Source of the DNA: a virus
Lineage: Duplodnaviria > Heunggongvirae > Uroviricota > Caudoviricetes
Reading direction: 5' to 3' (one strand)
Length of the DNA stretch: 64,000 bases
IMG/VR virus record: IMGVR_UViG_3300010049_000010
Coordinates: 128,749 to 192,748 of that record
In this document: in pieces, positions 38,504 through 48,964 of the stretch
Numbering within the stretch: the stretch's first letter is position 1
Layout of the letters: the number at the start of each line of letters is the position of its first letter
Notes under the pieces: generated by a model
Seen by the model: the letters and a program-made list of their open reading frames with translations, nothing else
The model's database searches: none
Told to the model about the DNA's origin: nothing
Program-made: the position numbers and the translations under genes

Positions 38504-39262
38504 ATGAAATATATTTTTGAAAATGATAAAATAACATTCCGATGTGATTGTGGGAAATTAAATTATTCACAACGAAACAATGAATTCAGATGGGTTCATC
38601 CTAAAAATCCAAAATTAAAAATGGATGCTGATTCAATGTGCAATGTTACTAGTATAGTAATGGCATTGGATTATGCCGGGTATCAATTTCCAAAAGGAAA
38701 ATTTAGACAACCGGAAGATAATCTTTGCGATTTTATATTTACAGATAAAAGAGTAATGCAAAAATATAGAGAATGGATGCCTGCAATGGCCGCTGCATTT
38801 GAGAGGGGTGATGATAACGCATATTGTCCAAATCTTATTCATACTTTAAATGTATTCGCAACGAATCTTTGGATGGGAACTTCTTGTTTATCATTTAAGG
38901 AAAATAATACTATAAGCGACATATGTAAAGAAGTAATAAATAATCGACCAGTAATTTTATCTGGAACATATCCATTTACTTGGGCCAGCGGAGCAACGGG
39001 AACTTTAGGACATATTAATGTAATTGCGGGCGCTGTTTATGATAAATCATTTATGGATAATTTAGACAAGATGTATGATCTTAGACCAATACACTTTATT
39101 ATAGATGATCCTTATGGAGATTATAGAAATAATTTTAGAAGCACAAGTATAATGAATGATATACCAATGCCTTATGCAGATTTTATTAAATTACAAAAAC
39201 CTGTAAATAACGTCGCAATAAAATGGGCATATTTCGTAAAGCCGGGTGCTGCAACTATATAA
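38504..39262 (+). CDS. Peptidase C39-like cysteine peptidase (candidate endolysin/virion peptidase)
   Basis: YSQRNN, MCNVTSIVMAL, GHINVIAG, IIDDPYG (Q-C-H-D arrangement). Confidence 0.75.
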   Translation: MKYIFENDKITFRCDCGKLNYSQRNNEFRWVHPKNPKLKMDADSMCNVTSIVMALDYAGYQFPKGKFRQPEDNLCDFIFTDKRVMQKYREWMPAMAAAFERGDDNAYCPNLIHTLNVFATNLWMGTSCLSFKENNTISDICKEVINNRPVILSGTYPFTWASGATGTLGHINVIAGAVYDKSFMDNLDKMYDLRPIHFIIDDPYGDYRNNFRSTSIMNDIPMPYADFIKLQKPVNNVAIKWAYFVKPGAATI

Positions 39263-39274
39263 TAGGAGAAAAAA

Positions 39275-40732
39275 GTGAGAAGTTTAGATCAATTTATTAA
39301 ATATGCAGATAATTATAAAGGAATAAAACAAAGAAGAGATTTCGTTTGGAATTCTTCTATAAAAGCGTCTAAACTTTATGAGCAATTTTTAGATATTATT
39401 TGTGATGAAGATTTATATAAATTATACGAAACTGTTGAATTATTAAAACAGTACGAAGATATAAAACATCTTAAAGAAGATGAGATAAATTTAAAGCGAT
39501 ATACTGATATTGCAATGCTTAAACATATTAAAGAAATGGAAGGCGGAGCAGGTGGGAATGAAGCTGAAGAAGAACAAGCTGAATTACAAAATCAGAAAAG
39601 ATTAGATGATGAAAAGGCAGCAAAAGCTGCCGCGAAACAAAAAGCTGAAGCTGAAAAAGCAGCTGCAACAGAGAGAGGAAAACCTTTAACAACTCAAGGC
39701 GCTAAAGAAATTGAACAAGGAATTTATAATGATGTGATAAATCCATTCAAAGACACTTTAGAAAAATATCTTAATCCACAGGGAAATCCCAGTGGAGAAT
39801 TTGATCCAAAAAGCAGAGAAGGAAGACAAGCAGCAGGTGCAGCTAAACAAAATAAACAGATTGCAATACAAACGTTAAAAAAATATTTACCTCAAATGTT
39901 AACAGATTATGGTATTATTGGAAATCAAGGTACTGAATTTGATCCTAATGAAGTTAAAAACTTAAAAGGACAAATAGATAATCAAACAGCTGAATTAGCA
40001 AAACAATTAGAAGAAATAAATCAATTAAAAGCTCAAATAGAACAATCAGCTCAACAAACGCAAGATCAAACAGCTCAAACAACTATGCAAGCAATATTAG
40101 ATAGGTTAACTGCTTTAGAACAAAGCACGCAACGAACACAACAATCTTCACAACAAGCAGCAGAAAATGTTGCAACTATGACTGGTTCTGGATCTTATAA
40201 TGTTGGTGGAGGAAGAGACCCCGCATTACCTGGATTAAGTGGAAATAATGGACAACAAGAATCTCCTGTAAATGATAAACAAACTTTTTCAATAATGAAT
40301 GGTTTAGTAGCTGAAGCAGTTCCACCGGGCCCAATGGATAAAGGTGAAATACAAAATAAAATAGCATATGTTATATGGTCATTATGGAAAGGAGGAAAAT
40401 TAAATCAGAATATTACAACTCCATATAGAACTATATTAGAAAAACATGGAATTGAATCTACTTTTATTCCTGCAGATGGTAATCATAATGGTACAAGTGG
40501 AAATACTGTTTGGAATATAGAACCTGTTAAAAGTATTCAAATTTTATCCGCTATTGCTGGTGAAGTTGCTGCATTAAACAAAGGAAAATTTTCTAGAGAT
40601 CCTAGAAAAGTTACAATGAATATAAGAAATTCTTTACATAAAAATTCAAGTAAATTAAGTTTAACGGAATCAATCGAATTATTTAAAGAAAGATTAGAAT
40701 TAGGTCTTATAAATTCTCGATTATTTGGTTAA
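39275..40732 (+). CDS. Coiled-coil, Gln/Ala-rich putative virion protein
   Basis: 485 aa; LYE, LKE, IKE, LTE motifs. Confidence 0.6.
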   Translation: MRSLDQFIKYADNYKGIKQRRDFVWNSSIKASKLYEQFLDIICDEDLYKLYETVELLKQYEDIKHLKEDEINLKRYTDIAMLKHIKEMEGGAGGNEAEEEQAELQNQKRLDDEKAAKAAAKQKAEAEKAAATERGKPLTTQGAKEIEQGIYNDVINPFKDTLEKYLNPQGNPSGEFDPKSREGRQAAGAAKQNKQIAIQTLKKYLPQMLTDYGIIGNQGTEFDPNEVKNLKGQIDNQTAELAKQLEEINQLKAQIEQSAQQTQDQTAQTTMQAILDRLTALEQSTQRTQQSSQQAAENVATMTGSGSYNVGGGRDPALPGLSGNNGQQESPVNDKQTFSIMNGLVAEAVPPGPMDKGEIQNKIAYVIWSLWKGGKLNQNITTPYRTILEKHGIESTFIPADGNHNGTSGNTVWNIEPVKSIQILSAIAGEVAALNKGKFSRDPRKVTMNIRNSLHKNSSKLSLTESIELFKERLELGLINSRLFG

Positions 40733-41474
40733 GTTCTTTTTCCGAATAAGTTTCTAAATTAAGATTAAGATTTCCCAGCGTGTTTTGGTCCATTAAAGTA
40801 GTTAATTTCCATCCCCATTTTGAAGACGGGAATTTATTTATAGAAATATCTAATTTCATTAATTCTGGAAATATATTTTTAACTCGAGAGTGCATATATT
40901 TTAACACATCTTCATCATGAACAGATTTCATCACAGTAGTATTTATGTGAAAATATTTTATGCAATCTGATTTTTTAGTCATATGAAGTAATTCTTTCCA
41001 AACAAGTTTTAATGATTCCATTGTGAGATTGTCAATTTCTAAGTTCTGTTTAATCATCACATCATAATATTTATAATCAAAATGATAAAAATTAATCAAT
41101 TTATTGTCTAATAAAAACTTTATTTTTTCTGGGAACATTCCAGTTGTGAATATTCCAGTTAAAAACCCGCTTCTTTGCGCGTGGTGCATCATACTATATA
41201 ATTCATTTTCGTGCTTACAAAGAATCTCCCCACCTGAAAAAATAACGTAATCAACAGTTTTAATATATTGTCGAGTCGCCTCATTCCATCGTTTTAATGC
41301 AGTTATTTTTTCATTTACTTCTGGCACAATTAAATCACCCGGCACAAAACAAAAGTCTCGCAGGCTTGTATTATAACAGTATTTGCAGCTCAAAGGGCAT
41401 CCACGGCCATATACTACGGCGCAGGCGCCCTCTGGACTATCTAATAAACTGTGCTCTAAAAATCTATAACTCAT
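40707..41474 (-). CDS. nrdG: Radical SAM protein, anaerobic RNR activase (NrdG)-like
   Basis: SLLDSP...VVYGRGCPLSCKYCYN, VIFSGGE. Confidence 0.7.
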   Translation of the reverse strand: MSYRFLEHSLLDSPEGACAVVYGRGCPLSCKYCYNTSLRDFCFVPGDLIVPEVNEKITALKRWNEATRQYIKTVDYVIFSGGEILCKHENELYSMMHHAQRSGFLTGIFTTGMFPEKIKFLLDNKLINFYHFDYKYYDVMIKQNLEIDNLTMESLKLVWKELLHMTKKSDCIKYFHINTTVMKSVHDEDVLKYMHSRVKNIFPELMKLDISINKFPSSKWGWKLTTLMDQNTLGNLNLNLETYSEKELNQIIENL

Positions 41475-42316
41475 TCGAATTTAATCTCCAATGTTTCATG
41501 TTGTTTTATTTGACGCGTAATTGATTCGATCATTTCTTGTAAATCTAAATCTGGTTGAATATTAATTGCATATTTCATTGACATTTCATTAACAAACAAA
41601 GCTTTATTATCAACGCCAGGTTCATTTTTTGCTTTTGTATTTGCTAATTTTAATATATCTTCTTTTATCGTTAAATATTTATTTACATTTCCTATGTAAG
41701 TTCCAGTTAAACTTTTTAAGTATTCACTGCTATTTTTAGTGATTAAATGTCCAATAACGTGATAATAAAAGAAGTTCATATCTTGATCTAAAGTGCTTGG
41801 ATCTACAACAGCAAGTGAAACTTTTACAAAATCACGATTAGCAAAACTTCTTACTTTTGGATAAAATCTGTTGCTTTCTTCTTCATATTCTTTTGCGATT
41901 ATTATATTTCCATTAGCAGTAAATGCGAATCCATTACTGAATAAAATATCGAACATTGTATTAAGAGAATAATATCTATTTTTTAATAATTTTTTAAGGA
42001 AAGCAGCTCCATACGATAATTCAAAACCATCATCGAGCGACATCAATCTTTTGAAAATTACATTCATTCTTTCATCTAAGTCGATATATTTTCCGTTGTA
42101 AAATATTTCTATTTTCTCATTTTTATCTTGAGAAATAGATATTTCATCATCTTCATAGGAAAAACGATTCATATATTTCATAATATTACTGACAGAATCA
42201 GTGTTCATAATGCTGTTCATTATTTTATCAAACTTTTTATGAGATTTTTGTATCTGTATTATTCCTTCAGTTGAGGGAATTAAAACTGCTTCTTCTGTCA
42301 GTATGTGCTTAATCAT
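41471..42316 (-). CDS. rIIB-like protein (divergent)
   Basis: Directly follows rIIA; SHKKFDKI, FLKKLLKN, FAFTANGNIIIAK. Confidence 0.55.
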   Translation of the reverse strand: MIKHILTEEAVLIPSTEGIIQIQKSHKKFDKIMNSIMNTDSVSNIMKYMNRFSYEDDEISISQDKNEKIEIFYNGKYIDLDERMNVIFKRLMSLDDGFELSYGAAFLKKLLKNRYYSLNTMFDILFSNGFAFTANGNIIIAKEYEEESNRFYPKVRSFANRDFVKVSLAVVDPSTLDQDMNFFYYHVIGHLITKNSSEYLKSLTGTYIGNVNKYLTIKEDILKLANTKAKNEPGVDNKALFVNEMSMKYAINIQPDLDLQEMIESITRQIKQHETLEIKFE

Positions 42317-44784
42317 TTTTCATCCAGTCCTTCAATATTAGCAATATAACTTACTATTTTTGTGATAGAAATACTGTTACTAATTCCAGATGATCCAGCA
42401 TTATCAAACGCGAAACTAATCATCGGATATAAATTATATAAGTCTTGCTTAAAATCTATTCTTTCTGAGTTCAAATTATCAATTTTCTTTGATAATGCGA
42501 AAAACTTTGGCTGTAATTCAGCATGCAAACTGTGTGAGCCATTTTCTTTGACTACATTAAATATTTTTTCATAAGCTTCTCTTATTTTAGTTCTTGCAAC
42601 TTCAGGCACTCCAGCTTCTGTTATTTTTCTTTCACATTCTTTTCCAAAAGCAGTGTTATTAAAATCAACCCAGTTACTTCCAATATGTAAATATTTTTCT
42701 GCGTTTTCTTTTGAAGTTAATAACGAGCTTCCATAAAGATTAAACTGGTTTAATAAATTATCAGATATATTATCAAAATTATTATTCAAATAACTCATCG
42801 CATAATCTGGGGCATGAACCCAATTAGAATTAAATTGGATATTATTTTTCTTAAAAAACTTGTAATCAATTAAAAAGTGATGCGTTGGAACTGGGATAAC
42901 TCCTCTTATTTTATTCAGTGAGTTTATTTTGAACTTAGACGATTCTACTCTTCCTTTTTCATCAATTCTGATTGCTGCATTTTTATTAAGTTTAGAATTA
43001 AGAGCTAATTTGCTAAATTCAGGAGTGAACCACCAACCTCTTTCATTCGGATTACCTTCAAAACATTCATAAGTCACTATTTCTTTTGCTGCAATTTTTA
43101 ATACTTGCGCTTCCAATATTTTATTTTTACCATCCATATAATTATAAACTACACAGTCATTATTTCTTTCAGTTTTTTCTCTTTTTTGTCTTGCCACAGT
43201 TTCTTTTGGAAGCTGTAATTCAGAACTTTTCTTTAATATAAATGTTGGAAATAATTTCTTAATAACAGCTCCGATTTTTTCAGAAACTATAAATAAATCA
43301 TCCTGCCTATTTGGCAATAAAGTTATTTTAGTTCTTACAGCTGCCGGCATAGTTCCATATTGTTTTCCTTTTGCAATAGTTCTTAATGAGAAAGTTTGTG
43401 TCTGTGCTGCTAATTTTTCCTCGTCTAAAATTATGCCGTATTTTATTTGTCCGTTCATAATTTTATTAAAGAATTCTCTTATTGTGGAGGAATCACTAAC
43501 ATCAGAATATGTTTTAACATTAGAGCCAATGCACATCATTTGGTGAGATTGTTTGTGCTCCCTGGCGTAGTAACAAGCATCGTCTGCTAATATGGATTTA
43601 TTCAAGATAATTTTTCCCATTGCGTAGCTGACAGTGTCTTTGTAGTATTTCCATGCTGCTGTGCCTTCTAAAAACCCGTGAGAAGTTATATGAGCGTTAT
43701 CAACCTTATTATAATTCTTTAAGAATTTCTGAGGTGTGTTTAATTTTCCAGATAATTCTGTTAACCAATTTTCATAATGAGCATAAAACAAAGTTCTTAA
43801 AGTATTTATTGTGTTTTTATTGTAACTTAAAGTTTCTCTTGAGGGCTGAAAATCAACGGCGCCCATATCAATGTGTAATACTTTCTTTAAAGTTGTGCCG
43901 GTTGTATTAGGAAAATCTAATAATTTATTAGATATTTTTTTATATTTTTCGTCTAATATCTGAGTTTCATTTACTCCGTAAAATATCTGTCCCATTATTA
44001 CGCCATATTCAGAGCCGTAACTTTTAATTATTTCCCGGTAACAATCACTCTCGGGTAAAGATTTCCCGCCAATGTAATCTGCTTTAGCAAATTCTCTTAC
44101 TTCTTTCCAGAAAGGCTTTAATAAATCTTTTTCTCTTTTTGAATAGGGCACAAAATTTTTGAACATATCATAAAACTCAGTTTCACCTCTCATAATATTT
44201 GGCATTTTATCAAAGAATAAAAAAGTTTTAATTGCTGCCCTATAAAATTCTCGTATGTTTTCTTCTTTCACGATAACTTCAACAGATGTTCCAGTTCTAT
44301 CTGTTTCTTTTTCCGAAACAAGAGTTACATTAGGAATACCATTTTCATCTTTGTAAATAATATAACTTCTCATTGAGCCTTCTTTTGAAGTTGTGAGCGT
44401 GAACTGAGAAGTATAAGCCAATGGCGTTTTTCCACCAAGGCCTAATGCTCCGATAACGTTATTATTATTTGATTTTGTTGACTTGCCGTATGATTTATAA
44501 ACTGTCATTACATCGTCGTGAGTCATTCCAATACCATTATCTTCAATTATTAGTGAAAGATTTAAGTCAGTTGGAAAATAGATATTGAAGTTTTCATTAT
44601 TATTTGCTTCAATATTAGCGTCTATCGCATTACAAGAAAGTTCTCTTATTATCGCGCGAATTGGATCTTCATAAATCTTTGCTGATAATATCTCGAACAT
44701 TTTTGCGTTAGCTGCAATTTCAAATTCTGAACTTACAGTTTCTAAATTGTTTTCTAAATTGTAATTTTTAGTATTCAATACCAT
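42313..44784 (-). CDS. rIIA: rIIA protein (N-terminal GHKL ATPase)
   Basis: KMFEILSAKIYEDPIRAIIRELSCNAIDA, EDNGIGM, YGKSTK, IGALGLGGK, FQPSRETLSY. Confidence 0.9.
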   Translation of the reverse strand: MVLNTKNYNLENNLETVSSEFEIAANAKMFEILSAKIYEDPIRAIIRELSCNAIDANIEANNNENFNIYFPTDLNLSLIIEDNGIGMTHDDVMTVYKSYGKSTKSNNNNVIGALGLGGKTPLAYTSQFTLTTSKEGSMRSYIIYKDENGIPNVTLVSEKETDRTGTSVEVIVKEENIREFYRAAIKTFLFFDKMPNIMRGETEFYDMFKNFVPYSKREKDLLKPFWKEVREFAKADYIGGKSLPESDCYREIIKSYGSEYGVIMGQIFYGVNETQILDEKYKKISNKLLDFPNTTGTTLKKVLHIDMGAVDFQPSRETLSYNKNTINTLRTLFYAHYENWLTELSGKLNTPQKFLKNYNKVDNAHITSHGFLEGTAAWKYYKDTVSYAMGKIILNKSILADDACYYAREHKQSHQMMCIGSNVKTYSDVSDSSTIREFFNKIMNGQIKYGIILDEEKLAAQTQTFSLRTIAKGKQYGTMPAAVRTKITLLPNRQDDLFIVSEKIGAVIKKLFPTFILKKSSELQLPKETVARQKREKTERNNDCVVYNYMDGKNKILEAQVLKIAAKEIVTYECFEGNPNERGWWFTPEFSKLALNSKLNKNAAIRIDEKGRVESSKFKINSLNKIRGVIPVPTHHFLIDYKFFKKNNIQFNSNWVHAPDYAMSYLNNNFDNISDNLLNQFNLYGSSLLTSKENAEKYLHIGSNWVDFNNTAFGKECERKITEAGVPEVARTKIREAYEKIFNVVKENGSHSLHAELQPKFFALSKKIDNLNSERIDFKQDLYNLYPMISFAFDNAGSSGISNSISITKIVSYIANIEGLDEK

Positions 44785-44812
44785 ATTTTACCCCTTAATA
44801 AAATATAAGATT

Positions 44813-46492
44813 TTAGGATGGATAATTTCTCCAGAAGTTAGCAGGTGTGTTTTCAACCAATTTTCCAATCGCTACCATCTGAGTTGCTGTGAAGATTTTT
44901 TCCATTGGAAGTGCAATTTCATCACAGTAAGATTTTAATATACGGAAGTCAGCATAATTTGCGAGCGAAGTTCCGAGCGCAATATCTTTTGTAAGTTTTT
45001 TCTTGTCAAGTGCTAATTCTGTTTTTTCAATTGCTGTCTTAGCTTTTTCCATTTGTGCAGTCAGTTTAATTTTCTGCTCTTCAATAAGAGCAAGTTTTTC
45101 TTTAAGTATTTTCATTCCCTTAAAGGCAACCTTAAACTTTTCTTTCTGTATTTCTAATTTAGCGATTTTCTCTTTGTGTTTCTTTTTTAATTCTTTCACT
45201 CTGGCTTTTGCCTTTGTTACTCTCTCTTCAATTTTTCCTTCAGCTTCTTTCTGGTTTTTACCAACATTTTTCTGATGATTCATTTGCTTGGCGATTTCCA
45301 GATTAGCTTCAAATATTGCTCTTAATTTTTCTGCCTCTGTATTATTAGCAGTTATTTTCTGAGCCTTAAGATTATTTACAAGAACTTCGTTGCATTTTAC
45401 TGTGCGAAGATTTTTTACTGTGATTCCGGGCATTATGCTTTTCAAATATCCATTTACATTGATATCCTCTGCGAAAATTCTCTTGCCTTTAGTAAATGTT
45501 TTCTTTTTTAATACATTCCAGATTCCTGCATCAATAGTAATTGTTCTCGTTTCTGGTACAGAGTCTTTTCCGAGAAAGTTAAAAGTTATTGTATTTCCAT
45601 TTCCCAATATCATATGCTCGCCGCGAAGTGTGCTCATTCCGTAAGTTAATGCAGATTTCTTTTCATCCTTTTCTCCGCCAACACGGATTCCAGTTTCTTG
45701 AATTAAGTAAATAACGAGCGCTTCGTCTTTTCCCTTGAGGGCATCAGTGCGAATTGCTGTTTGAATTTTTGTCCAATTTTTTAATATTTTTGCGGATGTG
45801 TCAAATTTTCCAGTAATTGCTTCTTGCCTTACAGAAACTTCTCCGTGGAAAGCAATTACTTTGTTTAATTTTTTATAGCAGCTCATTTCCGGTCTGCCAC
45901 AATGAATTTGATATTTCATTACCCACATTGCAGTTGCATCGGATACAGATTTAAGTTTTGTGGGATTGGTCGCATTTACAATATTTAGTGTAACATCAGA
46001 TTCTGTTACTGCATATTTCCAGCAAAATTTTCGGGGATCTTTGCCACGAGTTAAAATCCAGTTTGGAGCTTCGATTGCAAAATTAGCAAGTCGAACTTTT
46101 TTCCCGTCAAGGATTGCAGTGCCAAAAATCTCTTTAATTTTTTCTTTTTCTGCTTTTTCAGCAAGTTTAACTTCTTTCGGTGTTGCCTTTTTTTCCAGTT
46201 TCTCAGATTCTTGCCTGTTTTTCATTACATTAAGTATATCAAGAAAATCTGCAGGAAACTGTAATTTTTGCTGTGTTTTAGTAAGTTCAGGTTTTAAACA
46301 TTTCCACATATTGCCATTTTTAGCAAATGCTTCTGTTTCATAATCTGAGCCAATAAACCTAGCAGCTTTCCACAACATTTCCTCTGCAAGGACTGGAAGT
46401 TTTTCCCCATTAAGCACCAAACCTTTTGATTGATATTCCTCTGGAAAGGTTGGACCGTTACTGGTTAAACTATTAAATCTCTTCTGTTTCAT
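44813..46492 (-). CDS. DNA topoisomerase IB, long eukaryotic/archaeal type
   Basis: IRVGGEK, FNFLGKDS, GITVKNLRT, MNHQK, IALGTSLANY (catalytic R-K-R-H-Y); Top1-like N-terminal core and coiled-coil linker. Confidence 0.92.
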   Translation of the reverse strand: MKQKRFNSLTSNGPTFPEEYQSKGLVLNGEKLPVLAEEMLWKAARFIGSDYETEAFAKNGNMWKCLKPELTKTQQKLQFPADFLDILNVMKNRQESEKLEKKATPKEVKLAEKAEKEKIKEIFGTAILDGKKVRLANFAIEAPNWILTRGKDPRKFCWKYAVTESDVTLNIVNATNPTKLKSVSDATAMWVMKYQIHCGRPEMSCYKKLNKVIAFHGEVSVRQEAITGKFDTSAKILKNWTKIQTAIRTDALKGKDEALVIYLIQETGIRVGGEKDEKKSALTYGMSTLRGEHMILGNGNTITFNFLGKDSVPETRTITIDAGIWNVLKKKTFTKGKRIFAEDINVNGYLKSIMPGITVKNLRTVKCNEVLVNNLKAQKITANNTEAEKLRAIFEANLEIAKQMNHQKNVGKNQKEAEGKIEERVTKAKARVKELKKKHKEKIAKLEIQKEKFKVAFKGMKILKEKLALIEEQKIKLTAQMEKAKTAIEKTELALDKKKLTKDIALGTSLANYADFRILKSYCDEIALPMEKIFTATQMVAIGKLVENTPANFWRNYPS

Positions 46493-46497
46493 AATAT

Positions 46498-46526
46498 ATT
46501 ATAAGATTAACGGAATTTTCATTCAA
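46498..46526 (-). promoter_or_regulatory. Sigma70-like promoter (class I); probably leaderless topo IB mRNA
   Basis: TTGAAT-N17-TATAAT-N5-ATG, no SD. Confidence 0.8.
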
Positions 46527-46567
46527 AACATCTTTTTGTGATTAGTTATCCTTTTTTACTAATTATT

Positions 46568-48940
46568 ATGAATCCAGTAACTTTATATCGACAATGGAAA
46601 GTTCCACTATCAAAATCAAACGCCCAAACCGCCGCATCACAAGTTTCCCTTTTCGATTTATTATTTTATTATAAGCCAGGAGTTGGCGGATTACCTCCTC
46701 AACTTTGCACTAGATTTTTAGATGAGCCAAATGCAGCTTCATTTAAGCATAAAGGATTTGAATTAAAACATAACATTATAGTGTTTGATTCTAATATGTA
46801 TCAATTACCAAGAAATCCTCTATCAGAACCAGAACATCGACGATATATAAATATAAGAAGATCTCCAAGACCACCGGGAGTAACAGATGGTTGGACTTTT
46901 GAAGATTGGTCAACTACTGGATTTGATATTTGTCTTCCTAGATTTGATAAAAGAACTAAACCTTTATATTTAACAAAAGATAATATCAAAGTAATGGGCG
47001 GGCATGTAAGTGATGGAGATTTTGATACAGCAATTAAGTATTTAAAACCTAATGCGTTAGATCCATCAGATTTTTATTATAATGGTGTTGCAGGTTTAGC
47101 AAACGGAATTAAAGTTTGGGATAAAGACGCGACTATTAAACCTCTCAATTCATTTGATTTTTATACAAGTTCGGCTCATTATAAAGAAAGTGAAGAAGAA
47201 AAAAATAATTGGGATGATTATGACCCTTATAAAGTAGCAGTAGAAAATGACTGGGAATTAATGGGTGATGTAAATGATGCTGATATAGTTTTATGTGGAA
47301 GAGATTATTCTTTTGAAGATAGATTTTTATTAAAAGATTCTGGATTATTAGCTTATAATGGAATATGCTTAAATCACAAATCAGTAGAAGTTTGGAATAA
47401 CTTTCTTGCATATTATAACGCAAGTTTTAGATTAAGAAATTCAGGTGATATAGCATCTATAGTAGAAGTTGATGGTATTTTTGTTGATAAATTAAATCCA
47501 GTTTATGAATATTTATTAAAACATTGTTACGTTTGGGTAAGATGTTCTTTTTATGCTGATTATATTGATTATAGAGATTTTGATCAGCAATTAAATAAAG
47601 ACGCTTCTGTTATTCACAGTAATTTAATGTTAACAAATAAAGGTGATTGGAAAAGATATGAAAAATTATTTTCTACACCAGAAAGCAACGTTTCACCAAG
47701 AGATTTTGCTGATAAGAGTCGTCCATATATGCCGACAACCACTCCGTCTATAGATAGATTAAGAGATCAAATTGTAAATTTTTCTAATCCAACTGCAGAA
47801 ATGATTGATAAAATCAATGATATGATTGAAGATGCAAATGATCCTAATAGTAAAATTGGGTCTATTCCAGTTGAGCCATTTGAATTTCAAGATGAGGGAA
47901 AAGATTTTAATTTTACATCAAAAGCAATGGTACACCCGCCTCCAATTTGGTTTGATACTGAATCAAGAAAAACTGGAGCTGATTATCATGATTATCCAAT
48001 TGTAATGTCTAAAGAGGGTAATTTAATTATTGATGGAAGAGTATTAAGTCCTTCAATTGATGAACTTTGGGAAATGATTAAAAAATTAGTTGGTGGAAGA
48101 AAATCTGACACAGATATGTCATTAAATATGGATATAGATAACGCATATCCAAGAGGTGCAGATAATTTCCGTCCGCATCCAACAGCAGCTCCAGAAAATA
48201 GAAGCACTAATTTTGATTCGCGGCCACATTTAATGAATCATAAATTTGTTGATATTAATGGGAAAACAGTAATGGGTGACCCCACATTTATTAGTTATAA
48301 AATAGATGACACTAATCCTCATTATGAAGTTTTAGAATGGGTTAACTCTCCAACATATATCCAATATAGAATTATATCAGAATTAGCAGCATTAAACGCA
48401 GAAGTAAGCGCTGGGAATATTGACCAAGCTATATATAATATAAATCAAATGTTAAAACCAACTGAATATCTTCCTTCAATTAGTCCTTGGACATTACGAG
48501 AAATAGAAGCTCAATTAAAAGGATTAAGATGGAATCTTTGTTATTATATGACTTATCAAAAAAGGGTAGGTGTATACAATGGACCAATAGGACGTGCTAA
48601 TAGTGATAATACTAGGACTGATAATGTAAATAGATCTGCAGGTAGTTTATATCAATTACATAAAAATTATAATCCTACAAATATAGACCAACCAAACACT
48701 GTTTATGATGAAAGATCAAATAGATTTTGTGAAGAATCTGCTCCACACACGCATAATTCTAATTGTTTACTTCCACCTTCAGGATATTATGGAACTGGTT
48801 TAGGTAAAATAACTGTTGATAAAACTTCTAATAATAAAGATATAGCTCCATCATGGGCAACTTATTTAGGCGCCGATGGTGAATGGCATTCTACAAAACA
48901 GTGCTTATTGATTCCTATTAGAAAAGACGAATATTGGTAG
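46568..48940 (+). CDS. Putative virion structural protein
   Basis: ~790 aa; start moved to ATG 46568 after TTACTA-ATTATT; precedes giant genes. Confidence 0.55.
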   Translation: MNPVTLYRQWKVPLSKSNAQTAASQVSLFDLLFYYKPGVGGLPPQLCTRFLDEPNAASFKHKGFELKHNIIVFDSNMYQLPRNPLSEPEHRRYINIRRSPRPPGVTDGWTFEDWSTTGFDICLPRFDKRTKPLYLTKDNIKVMGGHVSDGDFDTAIKYLKPNALDPSDFYYNGVAGLANGIKVWDKDATIKPLNSFDFYTSSAHYKESEEEKNNWDDYDPYKVAVENDWELMGDVNDADIVLCGRDYSFEDRFLLKDSGLLAYNGICLNHKSVEVWNNFLAYYNASFRLRNSGDIASIVEVDGIFVDKLNPVYEYLLKHCYVWVRCSFYADYIDYRDFDQQLNKDASVIHSNLMLTNKGDWKRYEKLFSTPESNVSPRDFADKSRPYMPTTTPSIDRLRDQIVNFSNPTAEMIDKINDMIEDANDPNSKIGSIPVEPFEFQDEGKDFNFTSKAMVHPPPIWFDTESRKTGADYHDYPIVMSKEGNLIIDGRVLSPSIDELWEMIKKLVGGRKSDTDMSLNMDIDNAYPRGADNFRPHPTAAPENRSTNFDSRPHLMNHKFVDINGKTVMGDPTFISYKIDDTNPHYEVLEWVNSPTYIQYRIISELAALNAEVSAGNIDQAIYNINQMLKPTEYLPSISPWTLREIEAQLKGLRWNLCYYMTYQKRVGVYNGPIGRANSDNTRTDNVNRSAGSLYQLHKNYNPTNIDQPNTVYDERSNRFCEESAPHTHNSNCLLPPSGYYGTGLGKITVDKTSNNKDIAPSWATYLGADGEWHSTKQCLLIPIRKDEYW

Positions 48941-48964
48941 ATCTCGCGTAGATAACTAAATAAT

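Noticed and set aside
42313..44784. Hsp90/HtpG or MutL call
   Set aside because: The GHKL domain is followed by rIIA-type motifs (PSRETLSY) and an rIIB-like neighbour.
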